DNA of 64,000 nucleotides from Malacoraja senta (taxonomy: Eukaryota): positions 11,720,001 through 11,784,000 of the forward strand of contig CM075992.1 in assembly GCA_038087875.1 (NCBI GenBank), written 5' to 3'. This document shows, one piece after another, positions 1 to 11,645 of this stretch (position 1 is its first letter; the number at the start of each line of letters is the position of its first letter). The position numbers were made by a program, and so were the translations under genes. The notes beneath the pieces are model-generated. The model saw only the letters and a list, made by a program, of their open reading frames with translations. It did no database searches and was not told the origin of the DNA.

Positions 1-2190
1 ATACAATGCTTTAAATTGCCATAATTGACTCATCCAGTTAAATTTTAAATATCTATGATTATTACCATATACAGCCACACAGTAATATGCATCTTAAGAT
101 CTATGCTAGCCATATAGCATTTTCTTGAAATTGGCTGTATAGTATTGGCAAAACTCCAAAAAACTGTTTTTTATACTGTACAAAAAAGGGTTAAGACTTG
201 TCAGATCTAGAATAATTCTACACCTACCATCCTTATTTGCTCTAATAAATCACTTGGCATAAATTGGTGGTGATGGAGAACTGACTTCTTAATTATCCCT
301 TTTAGACAATATTTCATGTTCTGCCTCAATCTGCATATTCTCTTATTTTGAGAAATATGTGTCCGGTTTGAAATATGCTGAGTAGGAGAATCCAAATATG
401 GGTAGAATTCAATTCGAAACCCGACAATACTGCACAGTATAAATACATCAGATTGCCATTCTTTTAGGAAGAATTGTAATCTTCCTCAACTTGTAAGTGT
501 AAAACATTAATATGTCTCTTACAGAACCAGACCCCCTACCTCAGGGTTTGCCTATGGCAATTGTTATCTCCTGATCTTAGTGGAATATTGTAACCTCCAC
601 ATACCTCAGGAGGAGTGCCCCAATAACGCAAATATGGGAAAGACCGATTTGATCCTTCACTGTCCCCAGTCACCACACATTGGTAGGAAAAACTCCCTAT
701 GATTTGATCTGCCAATCACCGACAGCTTCATCGAGGTCTTTTACACTTTTTTGGCTAGATTCTTTCCAAAAAAAGATTTTAGGCAATTAAATATTAGATG
801 GTTTACAGAGCCCGCAAACTTAAGATATATGTTAGGTCTTATAGCACTTTTATAAATACAGTTTATTTGAAAGTACGCACTACTCATGAGTGCTAAGTCA
901 ACCTTGTTGTGATACAGATACGTGCTCTCCATCCTGGCCAAAGCCGTAATGCCTGACCAGCAATTTCAACACCCTCTGTCATTTTTTTTTCCACCGCTGA
1001 GACTGCTTGCAGTGCTCAATACTGCGGGTTTCATATTTTTTGACAGCTCATGCATGGTCAGAACCTGGAGCTGCTGGGAGAGCAAGTAATTTATTGACAT
1101 TGCTAATTTATATCCCATTGGTTCCCCTGATAGTTTTGGAACCACAAATGTTATATATTGTGCCAAACCTGGTCCTTTAGGCTCCGTTATTGGGCTCTGG
1201 TCCTCATATGATACGTCTCTGAATCTTTGCGTAAAATAATCCTCCTCATGGAGGGAGAGAATTGGCATCCTGCTTCAGGCGTTTCTAGCGCTGGCTCTCC
1301 CATAGGCCTACGCATAGTAAACCCTTTCCCAGGTGCTCGCCGCGCGGGCTCTCCTGTAGGCCCATGCATAGGCAGCCCTCTTTCAGGTGCTGCTGGCGCT
1401 GGCTCACCTGTAGGCCAACGCTTAAACTGTCTTTCTCCAGACATAGTTGGCGCTGGCTCTCCTGTAGACCAACGCATACAAATGCTCTTATCCAGGCATT
1501 GCTTACGCTGGCTCTCCTGTAGGCAAGCGCTGAGTCGGACCTTTCCAAGTACTCCCTGCGCTGGCTCTCCCTTAGGCCAATGCTGAGCCGGACCTTCATG
1601 CGCTGGCTCTCCTATAGGCCAACGCTAAGCCCGGACCTTCCCCAGGCATTCCCAGTGCTGGCTCTCCTATAGGCCAACGCTAAGCCCGGACCTTCCCCAG
1701 GCATTCCCTGTGCTGGCTCTCCCAACGCGGACCCGAATAGACAAAATGTCTGCCCGAGTCGGGGATCCTCCTGTCTGACTCCTCAGAGTCTACTGGCCAC
1801 CCGGCCTTTTGTCTCTTGCGCCCGAATGGCGCTACAACGGTATATTTTTTAACCGTATTTTAAAAGTCGATGGCCTTGCTGCCACCAACTCCTCAAAAGG
1901 GTGCCCGCTACTTGCAGACCCGCGGTCTTTCTCGAGTTTATCTGCGGTACTTGGGCCTCTAACATCCTTTCTCCATTCTGACTTGTGTTGTTCCAACTAC
2001 AAGTTCTCTGAAGAAAGTGACCTGAAAAACGTAAGTAAACACTTACCTTCAGGCTTTTTACTTCCCGGTTTGGAGGAGCTCTGCTCACTCCAAACACACG
2101 GTCGCTGCGCTATGCGTCTGTCGATATGATGCGTGTGCGGCTGGACGGGCTCTTCTTCACGTAGTCACTCACGTGACTCCGAAGTAAAAT
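1..2190 (-). mobile_element. DIRS1-like retrotransposon copy C (5' part, decayed, runs off the window)
   Basis: Terminus ctccgaagtaaAAT (2188-2190) matches the other DIRS copies; collinear with 39079-41234; gag and RT remnants. Confidence 0.9.
1288..1728. repeat. Minisatellite in the DIRS gag region, about 9 units of 42-56 bp
   Basis: Recurring core GCGCTGGCTCTCCTRTAGGCC; encodes repeated PxGEPAP on the minus strand. Confidence 0.85.
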
Positions 2191-2251
2191 CATCTTGCAA
2201 GTGGGTTTTTGTAGAACGCGCTGGTTTGGAACGTTGCATTTGCGGTCAATT

Positions 2252-5200
2252 TAGAAACATAGAAACATAGAAAGTAGGTGCGAGAGTAGACCACCAGGCC
2301 CATCGAGCCCGCACCGCCATTCGCTCATGGCTGAACACTAAACAGACACCCTTACCCACAAACAGTAGACACAAGACACAGAACACAAGACACTACCCTC
2401 CCCTTTATATCGCTATCACCCCTCTCCACCCCAAGAACCGCGTGATCTCCTGGGGAGGCAAAAAAACGGATAAAAACCCAGGTCCAATTCGGGAAAAAAA
2501 TCCGGGAAATTCCTCTCCGACCCCAATCCAGGCGATCGACACTTGTCCAGGAGATCACTCAGGTCTTACTATACTAACCATACCTAGGTCCATATCCCTG
2601 CCCTCTCCCCGTAGCCCCTTATCCCCTTGGCAGCTAAAAAACCATCTATTTTAGACTTAAATATATTTAATGTTTCTGCTTCCACTGCTCCCTGGGGCAG
2701 TGAATTCCATAAATTAACCACCCTCTGGGTGAAGAAGTTCTTCCTCATCTCAGTTTTAAAAGAGCCCCCTCTTATTCTACAACTATGTCCCCTAGTTCTA
2801 GTTTCCCCGATCATTGGGAACATCCTCGGTGCATCCACCCGATCAAGGCCCCTCACGATCTTATATGTTTCAATGAGATCGCCTCTCATTCTTCTAAACT
2901 CCAAAGAGTAGAGTTCCAGCCTACTTAACCTTTCCTCATATGTCAATCCCCTCATTGCAGGAATTAATCTTGTAAACCTTCGCTGCACTGCCTCCAGGGC
3001 CAGTACATCCTTTCTTAAGTATGGACCCCAGAACTGTACACAGTATTCCAAATGTGGTCTCACTAATACTGTGTACAGCTGCAGCAAGACCTCCGTGTTT
3101 TTATACTCAATCCCCCTAGCAATAAAGGCCAAAACTCCATTGGCCTTCCTGATTGCTTGCTGCACCTGCATACTAACTTTTAGTGATTCATGTACTACTA
3201 CCCCTAGATCCCTTTGCGTTGCATTACAACGCAGCTCCACCTCATTTAGAAAATAACTTGCCCTATCATTTTTTTCCCCAAAGTGAATGACTTCACATTT
3301 ATTAGTATTAAATTTCATCTGCCAAGTTGTTGCCCACTCACCTAGCTTATCTATATCCTTTTGCAGACTCTTCCTATCCTCCTCATCCCCTACTTTTCCT
3401 CCCATTTTTGTATCGTCCGCAAATTTTGATATATTACACTTGGTTCCCTCCTCCAAATCATTTATATAAATTGTGAACAACTGGGGTCCCAGCACCGACC
3501 CTTGCGGAACCCCGCTAGTTACCAGTTGCCATCCCGAGTATGAACCATTTATCCCCACTCTCTGCTTCCTATTTGTTAGCCAATCCTCTACCCATGCTAA
3601 TATATTACCCCCAATCCCATAATTTTTTATTTTTAGCAATAGTCTCTTATGTGGCACCTTGTCAAAAGCCTTTTGGAAGTCCAAGTATACCACATCCACC
3701 GGTTCCCCTTTATCCACCCGGGTTGTTACTTCCTCAAAGAATTCGAGCAGATTCGTTAAACAGGACTTCCCCTTCACAAAACCATGCTGGTTCTGTCCGA
3801 TGAAGTCATGTTTATCCAAGTGCCCCGTTAGTGTTTCTTTAATAATTGTCTCTAACATTTTACCCACCACCGATGTTAGACTAACCGGTCTATAGTTACC
3901 CGCCTTCTGTTTACTTCCTTTTTTAAATATAGGTGTTACATTGGCCATTTTCCAATCCACTGGGACCGTTCCTGCCTCCAGGGAGTTTTGGAAAATTATC
4001 ACCAATGCATCCACAATCCCCACCGCTATCTCCCTCAAGACCTTTGGATGTAATCCATCAGGCCCAGGGGATTTATCCTCCTTCAGTCTCATTAATTTCC
4101 CTAATACCACCTCCTTGGTGATCTTAATATTATTAAGCTCCTCCTTTCCTACCGCCCCCTGTTTATCCAGCGTTGGAATATTTTTTGTGTCTTCTATGGT
4201 GAAGACTGATACAAAATACTCGTTTAATGCCTTTGCCATTTCCATGTTCCCCACCAACAACTCTCCAGTCTCACCCTCCAATGGACCAACGTTCACCTTA
4301 GCTACCCTTTTTCTTTTTATATAGCTATAAAAACTCTTACTATTAGTTTTTATGTTGTTCGCTAAATTCCTTTCATAGTCTATTTTCCCCGTCTTAATTA
4401 ATCTCTTAGTTATTTTTTGCTGACCTTTAAATGCTTCCCAATCCTCTACCCTCCCACTATCTCTGGCTACCTTATATGCCCTTGCCTTCAGCCGAATACT
4501 ATCCTTTATAGTTTTACTGAGCCATGGCTGACTGTTCTTTCCCTTACCCCTTTTTTTCTTCATAGGAATACATTTTTCTTGAAGGTTATACAGTAGATCC
4601 TTAAACGTACACCACTGCTCATGTACCGTCTTATTCTTGAGTCTGCTATCCCAGTCAACTTTGATCAGCTCAGTCCTCATACCTTCATAATCCCCCTTAT
4701 TTAGACTAAGTACCCTAGCCTGAGTTTCAACCTGCTCCCCTTCTATTTGAATATGGAATTCGACCATATTGTGGTCACTTGTTCCCAACGAGTCCCTAAC
4801 TATGACATTTTTAATTAATCCTGCTTCATTACACAGGACCAGATCCAAGATTGCCTCCCCCCTTGTCGGTTCTGTGACATACTGTTCTAGGAACCCGTCT
4901 CTAATACATTCTATAAACTCTTCCTCTAGTCTACCCTGCCCAGTTTGGTTTGCCCAATTAATATGAAAATTGAAGTCCCCCATGATTACAGCAGTTCCCT
5001 TTTTACATGCGTCAACTATTTGCAGATTTATGTTCTGACTAACAGCGTCACAGCTATTTGGAGGTCTATAAATTACACGCACTAGTGTTTTTTTCCCCTT
5101 GTTATTCTCTATCTGTACCCAAGCTGTTTCACTATCCTGATCCTTCAACGCAATATCCTTCCTCTCTATTGCCGTTATTCCCTCCCTTATTAAAAGGGCC

Positions 5201-5495
5201 ACCCCTCCTCCCTTTCTTTCCTGTCTATCTTTTCTAATTGTCGAGTACCCCTCTATATTTAACTCCCAATCCTGATCCCCTTGCAGCCATGTCTCCGTAA
5301 TGGCCACGATATCATAACTATATATACTTAATTGCACCGTTAATTCATTTATCTTATTTCGAATACTCCGTGCATTTAGATACAGCACTTTCAGATGATT
5401 TTTACTACCCTTCCTTTCTGTTTTTGCCCCTTTTACATCTAGAGCTTTATCTTCACACATTCTGGATCCTCCTGTCACATTTTGATTTTCCGTTT
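2252..5495 (-). mobile_element. CR1 LINE with intact ORF2, 5'-truncated before ORF1
   Basis: (TTTCTATG)n tail at 2252-2274; uninterrupted endonuclease plus RT frame. Confidence 0.95.
2584..5460 (-). CDS. CR1 ORF2: APE endonuclease and reverse transcriptase
   Basis: LYLNARS, ITETWL, MGDFN, LDLVL, SDHN (endonuclease); YLDFQKAFDKV, GVPQGSVLGP, FADD (RT). The frame opens at 5547, but the first codons may come from flanking DNA. Confidence 0.93.
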   Translation of the reverse strand: MCEDKALDVKGAKTERKGSKNHLKVLYLNARSIRNKINELTVQLSIYSYDIVAITETWLQGDQDWELNIEGYSTIRKDRQERKGGGVALLIREGITAIERKDIALKDQDSETAWVQIENNKGKKTLVRVIYRPPNSCDAVSQNINLQIVDACKKGTAVIMGDFNFHINWANQTGQGRLEEEFIECIRDGFLEQYVTEPTRGEAILDLVLCNEAGLIKNVIVRDSLGTSDHNMVEFHIQIEGEQVETQARVLSLNKGDYEGMRTELIKVDWDSRLKNKTVHEQWCTFKDLLYNLQEKCIPMKKKRGKGKNSQPWLSKTIKDSIRLKARAYKVARDSGRVEDWEAFKGQQKITKRLIKTGKIDYERNLANNIKTNSKSFYSYIKRKRVAKVNVGPLEGETGELLVGNMEMAKALNEYFVSVFTIEDTKNIPTLDKQGAVGKEELNNIKITKEVVLGKLMRLKEDKSPGPDGLHPKVLREIAVGIVDALVIIFQNSLEAGTVPVDWKMANVTPIFKKGSKQKAGNYRPVSLTSVVGKMLETIIKETLTGHLDKHDFIGQNQHGFVKGKSCLTNLLEFFEEVTTRVDKGEPVDVVYLDFQKAFDKVPHKRLLLKIKNYGIGGNILAWVEDWLTNRKQRVGINGSYSGWQLVTSGVPQGSVLGPQLFTIYINDLEEGTKCNISKFADDTKMGGKVGDEEDRKSLQKDIDKLGEWATTWQMKFNTNKCEVIHFGEKNDRASYFLNEVELRCNATQRDLGVVVHESLKVSMQVQQAIRKANGVLAFIARGIEYKNTEVLLQLYTVLVRPHLEYCVQFWGPYLRKDVLALEAVQRRFTRLIPAMRGLTYEERLSRLELYSLEFRRMRGDLIETYKIVRGLDRVDAPRMFPMIGETRTRGHSCRIRGGSFKTEMRKNFFTQRVVNLWNSLPQGAVEAETLNIFKSKIDGFLAAKGIRGYGERAGIWT

Positions 5496-5902
5496 CCCCA
5501 TATCGGCAGGAAAAATACTGCCGGTTCGTATATTTACATAATGACATTTTCGCAACGTGAAATTTTCATTAAAGGCATCCTTAGAAGCAAGTTTATATAT
5601 AAAATAAACGGCTTTCCTTTACCTGTCCCATACATGAAATCCGTCCCCGTTGTCGGCGTTGACGGCTTTAGAAGATTATTTTTTATTTTCTACTGTTCGT
5701 AAAATATCCAATTTAAAAGAAACTTAATAAAATGGCAGTCGAAGCGATTACTCTTTAGCAGCTGAACAGCCTGACACACAACGATTGAATAGCCTGGAGA
5801 AACAAGGGATTTTAAACCCGCCCCCCTCTCAAAGGCGCAAAAGTCGCGCACACGGGCAGTGACAGAACTGCAGCGCCGCTGAAGGTAGGTTTTCTAACAT
5901 AC
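5496..5902. mobile_element. Probable DNA-transposon terminal fragment
   Basis: CpG-rich and non-coding; ends in TTTTCTAACAT, whose reverse complement ATGTTAGAAAA resembles ATGTTACAAAA starting the element at 17001. Confidence 0.35.
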
Positions 5903-6413
5903 CTACTGTAAGGAAGCAGACAAGACATCGAGATCAGAAACTAACCACGTGGCAGCTTGTCGGGGCCAGGGCACCTGCTGGCTTTGGCTGAGGCAGCAGA
6001 GAACTAATGTTCTCACGAGCAGGACACCAGCACATCAGCCCTGCCAACCCCCACCATGGCACAGCCGGCAACACCATGAGAGCCAACACAGACCATCACT
6101 GCACCTGGGGCTGTCTGAGGGGATAGATGGGGGCAAAGGGTGAGGAGAGCGAGTGTCTTGGTGTGAGGGGAACAGTTTGTGGGTGCAGTGAGTGGCCGCG
6201 TTGGAGGATGAATATTTGGGGGACACATGTTTACAGTTTGTGGGGGAGTGTGTGAACTAGTGTGGGGAGTGTGTGTGTCAGCATGTGTGACACTGAGTGG
6301 GTGGATATATGGCCAATGATGCAGGTTTGTATGTGGGTGTGTGGGAGGCAGTGTATGGGCTAATGTGTGGGGAATGGCTGGTGATGCTGTGTAGCACGAC
6401 GGTGTAACCTGAT

Positions 6414-6596
6414 CTAGGCGGTGTGGGCCATGGCCGGGCCAATGAGTGGAGCATTGGTCAGGTTCATTGGGATTTGGGTGGGTGAGTGCAGACTTGTGTA
6501 CAATTGTAGGGTAGTGTGTGAATGGAGTGATCCCCTTACTCCAACAGCCACAGGACAATGTGACATTGTGGATGTCAGAGAACGTGCTGCAGATCC
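6414..6596 (-). CDS. Candidate terminal coding exon of the ADGRE-like gene
   Basis: Strong pyrimidine tract ttttttcttttaccAG; phase-0 frame GSAARSLTSTMSHC...AHTA-stop; no recognisable homology, so tentative. Confidence 0.3.
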   Translation of the reverse strand, partial: GSAARSLTSTMSHCPVAVGVRGSLHSHTTLQLYTSLHSPTQIPMNLTNAPLIGPAMAHTA

Positions 6597-6624
6597 CTGG
6601 TAAAAGAAAAAACAATGACCAGGG

Positions 6625-6930
6625 AGGCACAGCACTGCAGCGGGTAGAGCCGCTGCCTCAGTGCCAGAGACCCGGGTTCGATCCTGACCTCAGGTGCTGT
6701 CTGTGTGAAATTTGGATGTTCTTCCTGTGACTGCATGGGTTTCCTCCGGGTGCTCCACTTTTCTCCCCGACCCAGACATGTTGGTTATTTGGCCGCTGTA
6801 AATTTGCCCTTAGTGTGTAGGGAGTGGATGCACAAATGGGATAACATAGAATATTGTATGAACGCGTGACCGATGGTCAGTGTGAAATCGGTGGGCCGAA
6901 GGGCCTGTTTCCTGCTGCATCTTTCAATTC
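6625..6930 (+). mobile_element. tRNA-derived HE1/V-SINE-like SINE
   Basis: B-box GGTTCGATCC, central V-like domain, CR1-type tail gggccgaagggcctgtttc. Confidence 0.8.
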
Positions 6931-7186
6931 TGTCAATCAAGATTGATTCTGGAAGATTCAGGTTCCCTCGAAGCGGATACAGCTAAAAGCAGCCCATTTA
7001 AGTAAGAGATACAGGTGAAAACAGGCCACGTAATGGGTACATGTCCTGATACTAGTCCTTGTTATAGTCACGTGTACAGAGATGTAGTGAGAAACGTAGT
7101 TGTGTGCTATTCAGTCACATCACACTGTACATGAGTATAACCACTCCCCCATGACAGACACGGCACCAGACTAATCGTAACCATAC

Positions 7187-7276
7187 CTGCGTCGATGAAG
7201 TTGACAACTCAGAGAATTTTGAGTCTTTCTTCAATCGGTACAAACGGTGGAAGAAGTTGGCGTACTCATCCCACAC
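7187..7276 (-). CDS. ADGRE-like adhesion GPCR, helix-8/C-tail exon
   Basis: tttcAG / GTATGG; 90 nt, phase 0/0; VWDEYANFFHRLYRLKKDSKFSELSTSSTQ continues the NKQ-VxxEY motif. Confidence 0.88.
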
Positions 7277-7859
7277 CTGAAAGACAAGGTGACATGGAGT
7301 GTTTACAATCCTGTCCACACCATTGCCAGTGGCCATTACATCAGGACTGTCCATGGAGTTCACAATCCAGGCCCCGAGTTGCTGGCTTCTGGCTGCCTCA
7401 CTCTCATTGCCAAAGCACAAGGCAAGAGATCAGCACCAGGACAAAGGGTCACTCCAGCTTTATCTGCAGTGGGTGGATTTGTCAGCCACACCACCCAGGA
7501 GGTTCCTGCTCCAGATTTCCACCCCGCACCTCACACCGTTCTCAGTTCCACAACTGAACTCAGTATTGGTGGCCCATGGTTGTTAATATCTGCCAGACCC
7601 TGGAACTTTGTGGCATCTACAGATTCCTCTGTGACATTCAGCTGTGTAGATATTGTGGTTAATAATGTTGTCCATCATTGTCATAGAGTCTAAGAAATGT
7701 GGAAACAGGCCATTCGGCCCACGATATCCATGCCAGCCAGTGGGCACCAGTTTTTCCCTTGGTTTCCACAATGCCATTGGATCACTTGATCAGGCAGCTT
7801 TATTAGACTTTGGTGAGGCAGCGTTTGGAGTATTGTGTGCATTTTCTTGCCTCCCCATT

Positions 7860-8760
7860 ACACAAATGGGCTTTGTGGAGGCTTTGTAAAGTGTGCAAAG
7901 GAGGTTTACATGAAAGATGCCTGGATTAGGCGGTATTTGTTACAGGGAGAGGTAGGACAGACATTGCTTGTTATTTTGCTGGAGGTTGTGGGGAGACCTG
8001 ATAGAAGTATATAAAATAATGAGAGGCATATATAGTGCAGACCGTCAGATACTTTCTCCTTGGAGGGTAAAATCAATTACTAGAGGGCAGAGCTTTAAGG
8101 TGAGAAGGGTAAAGTTTAAAGGAGATAGGGTGGTCAAGGACTTTGGTACATTGGCCTTCAACAGTCAGGGTATTGAGTATAGAAGTTGGAACATTATGTT
8201 AAAGTTGTACAACATGTTGGTGAGGCCACACTGTACTGTTTTCAGTTTTGGTCACCCTGCTCTAGGAAGGAGGTCACTCAGCTGGAACGAGTGCAGAGAA
8301 GATTTGCGAGGGTATTGCTAGAACTTGAGTGGGGTGAGATATAGCAAGAGGTTGTCAGGATAGGACTTTATTCCTTGGAGCACAGGCTGGCGAGGGTGAT
8401 CTTCTAGAGGTGTATACAATGATGAGGGGAATAGATAGGGTGAATTCACAGTCTTTTACCAGGGGAGGGAAATCAAGAACAAGAAAGGAACACATTTAAT
8501 GCCAGAGGGGCAAGATTTAATACAAACCTTAGGGGCAATTTTATCACACAGAAAGTGGTGGTTATATTGTATGAACTGTCAGAATAGGCAGCAGAAGCAG
8601 GTACTATAACTGCATTTAGAAGGCTTGGACAGGGACATGGATAGGGTAGGTTTAGAGGGATATAGTCCCAACGTGTTAATGGGACTAGCTTAGATTAGGC
8701 ATTCTGCTCAGCATGGATGAGTTGGGTCGAAGGGCCTGTTAATGCGCTATAAGACTGAGA
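7860..8760 (+). mobile_element. Decayed CR1 3' fragments
   Basis: GDLIEVYKIMRG and LVRPH remnants; CR1 3'UTR. Confidence 0.8.
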
Positions 8761-10260
8761 TGTGCGAGTCAGTTTTTTTTACACATGTGTGCTAAGTGTC
8801 TTGAATGAGTTGCCGGGTTTGGTGGTTCAGGCAGATACAATAGTGACATTTAAGAGCCTTTTATATATGCACATGGATATGCAGGAAATGGAAACAAATG
8901 GATTATATGAAGGCAGATCAGAGTTGGTCTTGGCAACATGAGGGTGTTGGCCATCTACATTAGTCCCACCTGCCTGCTTTTAGCCCATATCCCTTTACAT
9001 CCCTTTTAAATACATAATCATATCCATGCACCTGTCTAAATGTTTCATAAACCTTGTAATAGTAAATTAATCAACTACTTCCTCCAGCAGCTCGTTCCAT
9101 ATATCTACCGCCCTTTGTGTAAAAGATTTGCCACTCAGGATCTTACTCCCCTTCACCTTAAACCTATGTCCTCTTGTTTTTGATTCCCTTTCTCTGTGTA
9201 AAAGACTGCATTTACCCTATTTATTCCTCTCGTGATCTTATACACCTCTCTAAGATCATCCCTCATCCTCCTGTGCTCACAGGAATAAAGTCCTAGTCTG
9301 ATCAACCTCTCCCTGTAGCTCAGATCCTCGAGTCCTGGCAACAACCTCGTAAATATTTTCTGCACCCTTTCCAGCTTAACATGATTCCTCTAACAGGGTG
9401 ACCAAAACTGAACACAATAGTCTAAATGTGGCCTCACCAATGTCTTGAACAACTGTAACAAGACCTCCCAACATCTACATTCAGGCCAATGTGTTGAAAG
9501 CCTTCTTGACCACCCTATCTATTTGTGATGTCACTTTCAAGGAACTATGTTCCTGAACCCCTAGATCCCTCTGCTCTACAATACTTCCCCAGAGTCCTGC
9601 CATTCACTGTGTAGGTCCTGCACTGCTTACTTCCCCCATGCAACACCTCGCACTTACATTTATTAAACTTCATTAACCAATCTGAAGTTTCGTTCAGACC
9701 GAAAGGTCTGAATGACAATAAAGGAATCTATCTCTCTATCTATCTAATCCTCAGCCCATCTGCCCAACCAATCGAGATCCTGCTGCAAGTTTTGACAACC
9801 ATCTCGTTATCTACAATACCACCCTCTTTAGTGTCATCTGCAAACTTACTAACCATGCCTTGTACGTTCTCATCCAAATCATTGATACAAATGACAAACA
9901 GCACTGAACCCCGAGGTACACCACTGGTCACAGGCTTCCAGTGCAAAAAGCAACCTTCCACCATCACCCTCTGCTTCCTTCCCTGAAGCCAGTTTTCTAT
10001 TCATTCAGCTGGCTCTCCTTCTATCCAAGTTGATCTAACCTTCAAGAGCAGCCTACCATGCAGAACCTTGTCGAATGCCTTGCTGAAATCTATATATACA
10101 ACGTTTACAACTCTGCCCTCATCAAACTTTTTGGTTACATCTGCAAAAATCAGATTTGTGAGACATGATCTCCCACGTACAAAATCATGCTGCTGATTCC
10201 TAATCAGCCCCTGTCCGTCTCAATGCATGTATATCATCCCTCGAAATACTTTCTAGTAAC

Positions 10261-11069
10261 GCAAGACATAATCTAATCCAATTTAAAATTTTACATAGAT
10301 TATATTACTCAAAAACAAGATTAAATAAATTTTATCCAAATATATCGCCCATTTGCGATAAATGTTTAACCCAAGACGCAACTATAACACACTCTTTTGT
10401 TTCTTGTATAAAACTTCATGGATTTTGGAGTGATATGTTCGAAATATTTACAAAACTATTTAAGACAAAAATGGAACCCAATAATGAATTGATTATATTT
10501 GGGGTAATGGAAGACGGGAACAAATTGAGCTCATCTCAAAAGTCAATTTTTAATTATGGTTTAATAATAGCAAAAAAATTAATATTGAAATTTTGGAAAA
10601 ATACACCAATACCAACGCTCAAAATGTGGATTGCAAGTATGTTGGATACCGCACATCTTGAGGAAATGCGATTCCTCCTAATAGATAAATTTGACCAATT
10701 CATAACGAGTTGGTCTCCATTTGTCGTCTTTTTGGAAACATATGGTGCAAAACAGGTGTAAAAGCTAATCCGTGACTGCGGATGGTCAAGATTATAAATG
10801 ATCTCCTACTATTTTCTTTTCTTTTCTTCTCTTCTTTTATTCTCTTTCTTCTATTTTCTATGTCTCAACTTTCTTTTTTCATTCTTTATTTTTCTTTTTC
10901 ACACACTATATATCTCACATTTTTCTATTTTTCATTATCTAACTTTTTTCTTTTTCTTCTTTATTTCAAAAAATTAAAAAAAATAAGAAGCTGTACATAA
11001 AAGGTATTATGAAAATATGATTGTATACAATTGTACTTACTTCTAATAAAATAAAAATATTTAAAAAAA
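10261..11069 (+). mobile_element. 5'-truncated L1-clade LINE with an 18-bp TSD
   Basis: C-terminal QFKILHRLYY...CDKC...H...C zinc-knuckle region; AATAAA and A-rich tail; GAAATACTTTCTAGTAAC at 10243-10260 and 11070-11087. Confidence 0.9.
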
Positions 11070-11319
11070 GAAATACTTTCTAGTAACTTGCCAACCACAC
11101 ATGTTAGACACTGGCCTGTAGTTCCCTGGCTTTTCTCTGCAGCCCTTCTTAAAAAGAGGCTCAACATTTGCCATGCTCCTGTAATTTGGCACCTTCCCTG
11201 TATTTAATGACAAATCATAAATCTCAGCCAGGGCACCTGCAATTTCTTCGCTAGCTTCTCACAGTGTCCTTGTATAAATCTGATCAGGCCCAGGATATTT
11301 GTCTACCTTCATACCTCTT

Positions 11320-11645
11320 CGACCATAATACTGCCCTCAAGCCTTTCAACCGCCCCGATGTGGGAGTTTCGGTCACTCTGACGGGGGCTTTGATCGTCGC
11401 TGCGATCGCCCCGATTGCGGATGGTTTGTCTGCCCCGACCGCGGGAGAACAAAGAGGAAGAAGATTGAACTTTATTGCCCTCCATCACAGTGAGGAATGT
11501 GGAATCCACTGTGATGGATGTTTATGTTAACTTTTATGTGGCTGTGTGTCTTGTTGCTTTTCACTTGGTATGGCTGTATGGTAACTCAAATATCATTGTA
11601 CCTTAATTGGTACATGTGACAATAAACTGACCTTGAAACCTTGAA
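11320..11645 (+). mobile_element. Non-coding element with L2-type 3' tail
   Basis: tccatcacagtg/cactgtgatgga stem; tgacaataaa followed by (ccttgaa)n. Confidence 0.6.

Noticed and set aside
1288..1728. CRISPR-like repeat-spacer pattern (also 40314-40790 and 45455-45710)
   Set aside because: Vertebrate context, no cas genes, linkers resemble each other, and the arrays lie inside DIRS elements.
6013..6630. 205-aa His/Thr/Pro-rich ORF
   Set aside because: Product of low-complexity GT/CA-rich sequence with no domain signal.
6625..6700. tRNA gene
   Set aside because: tRNA-like head of a multi-copy SINE without a complete cloverleaf.
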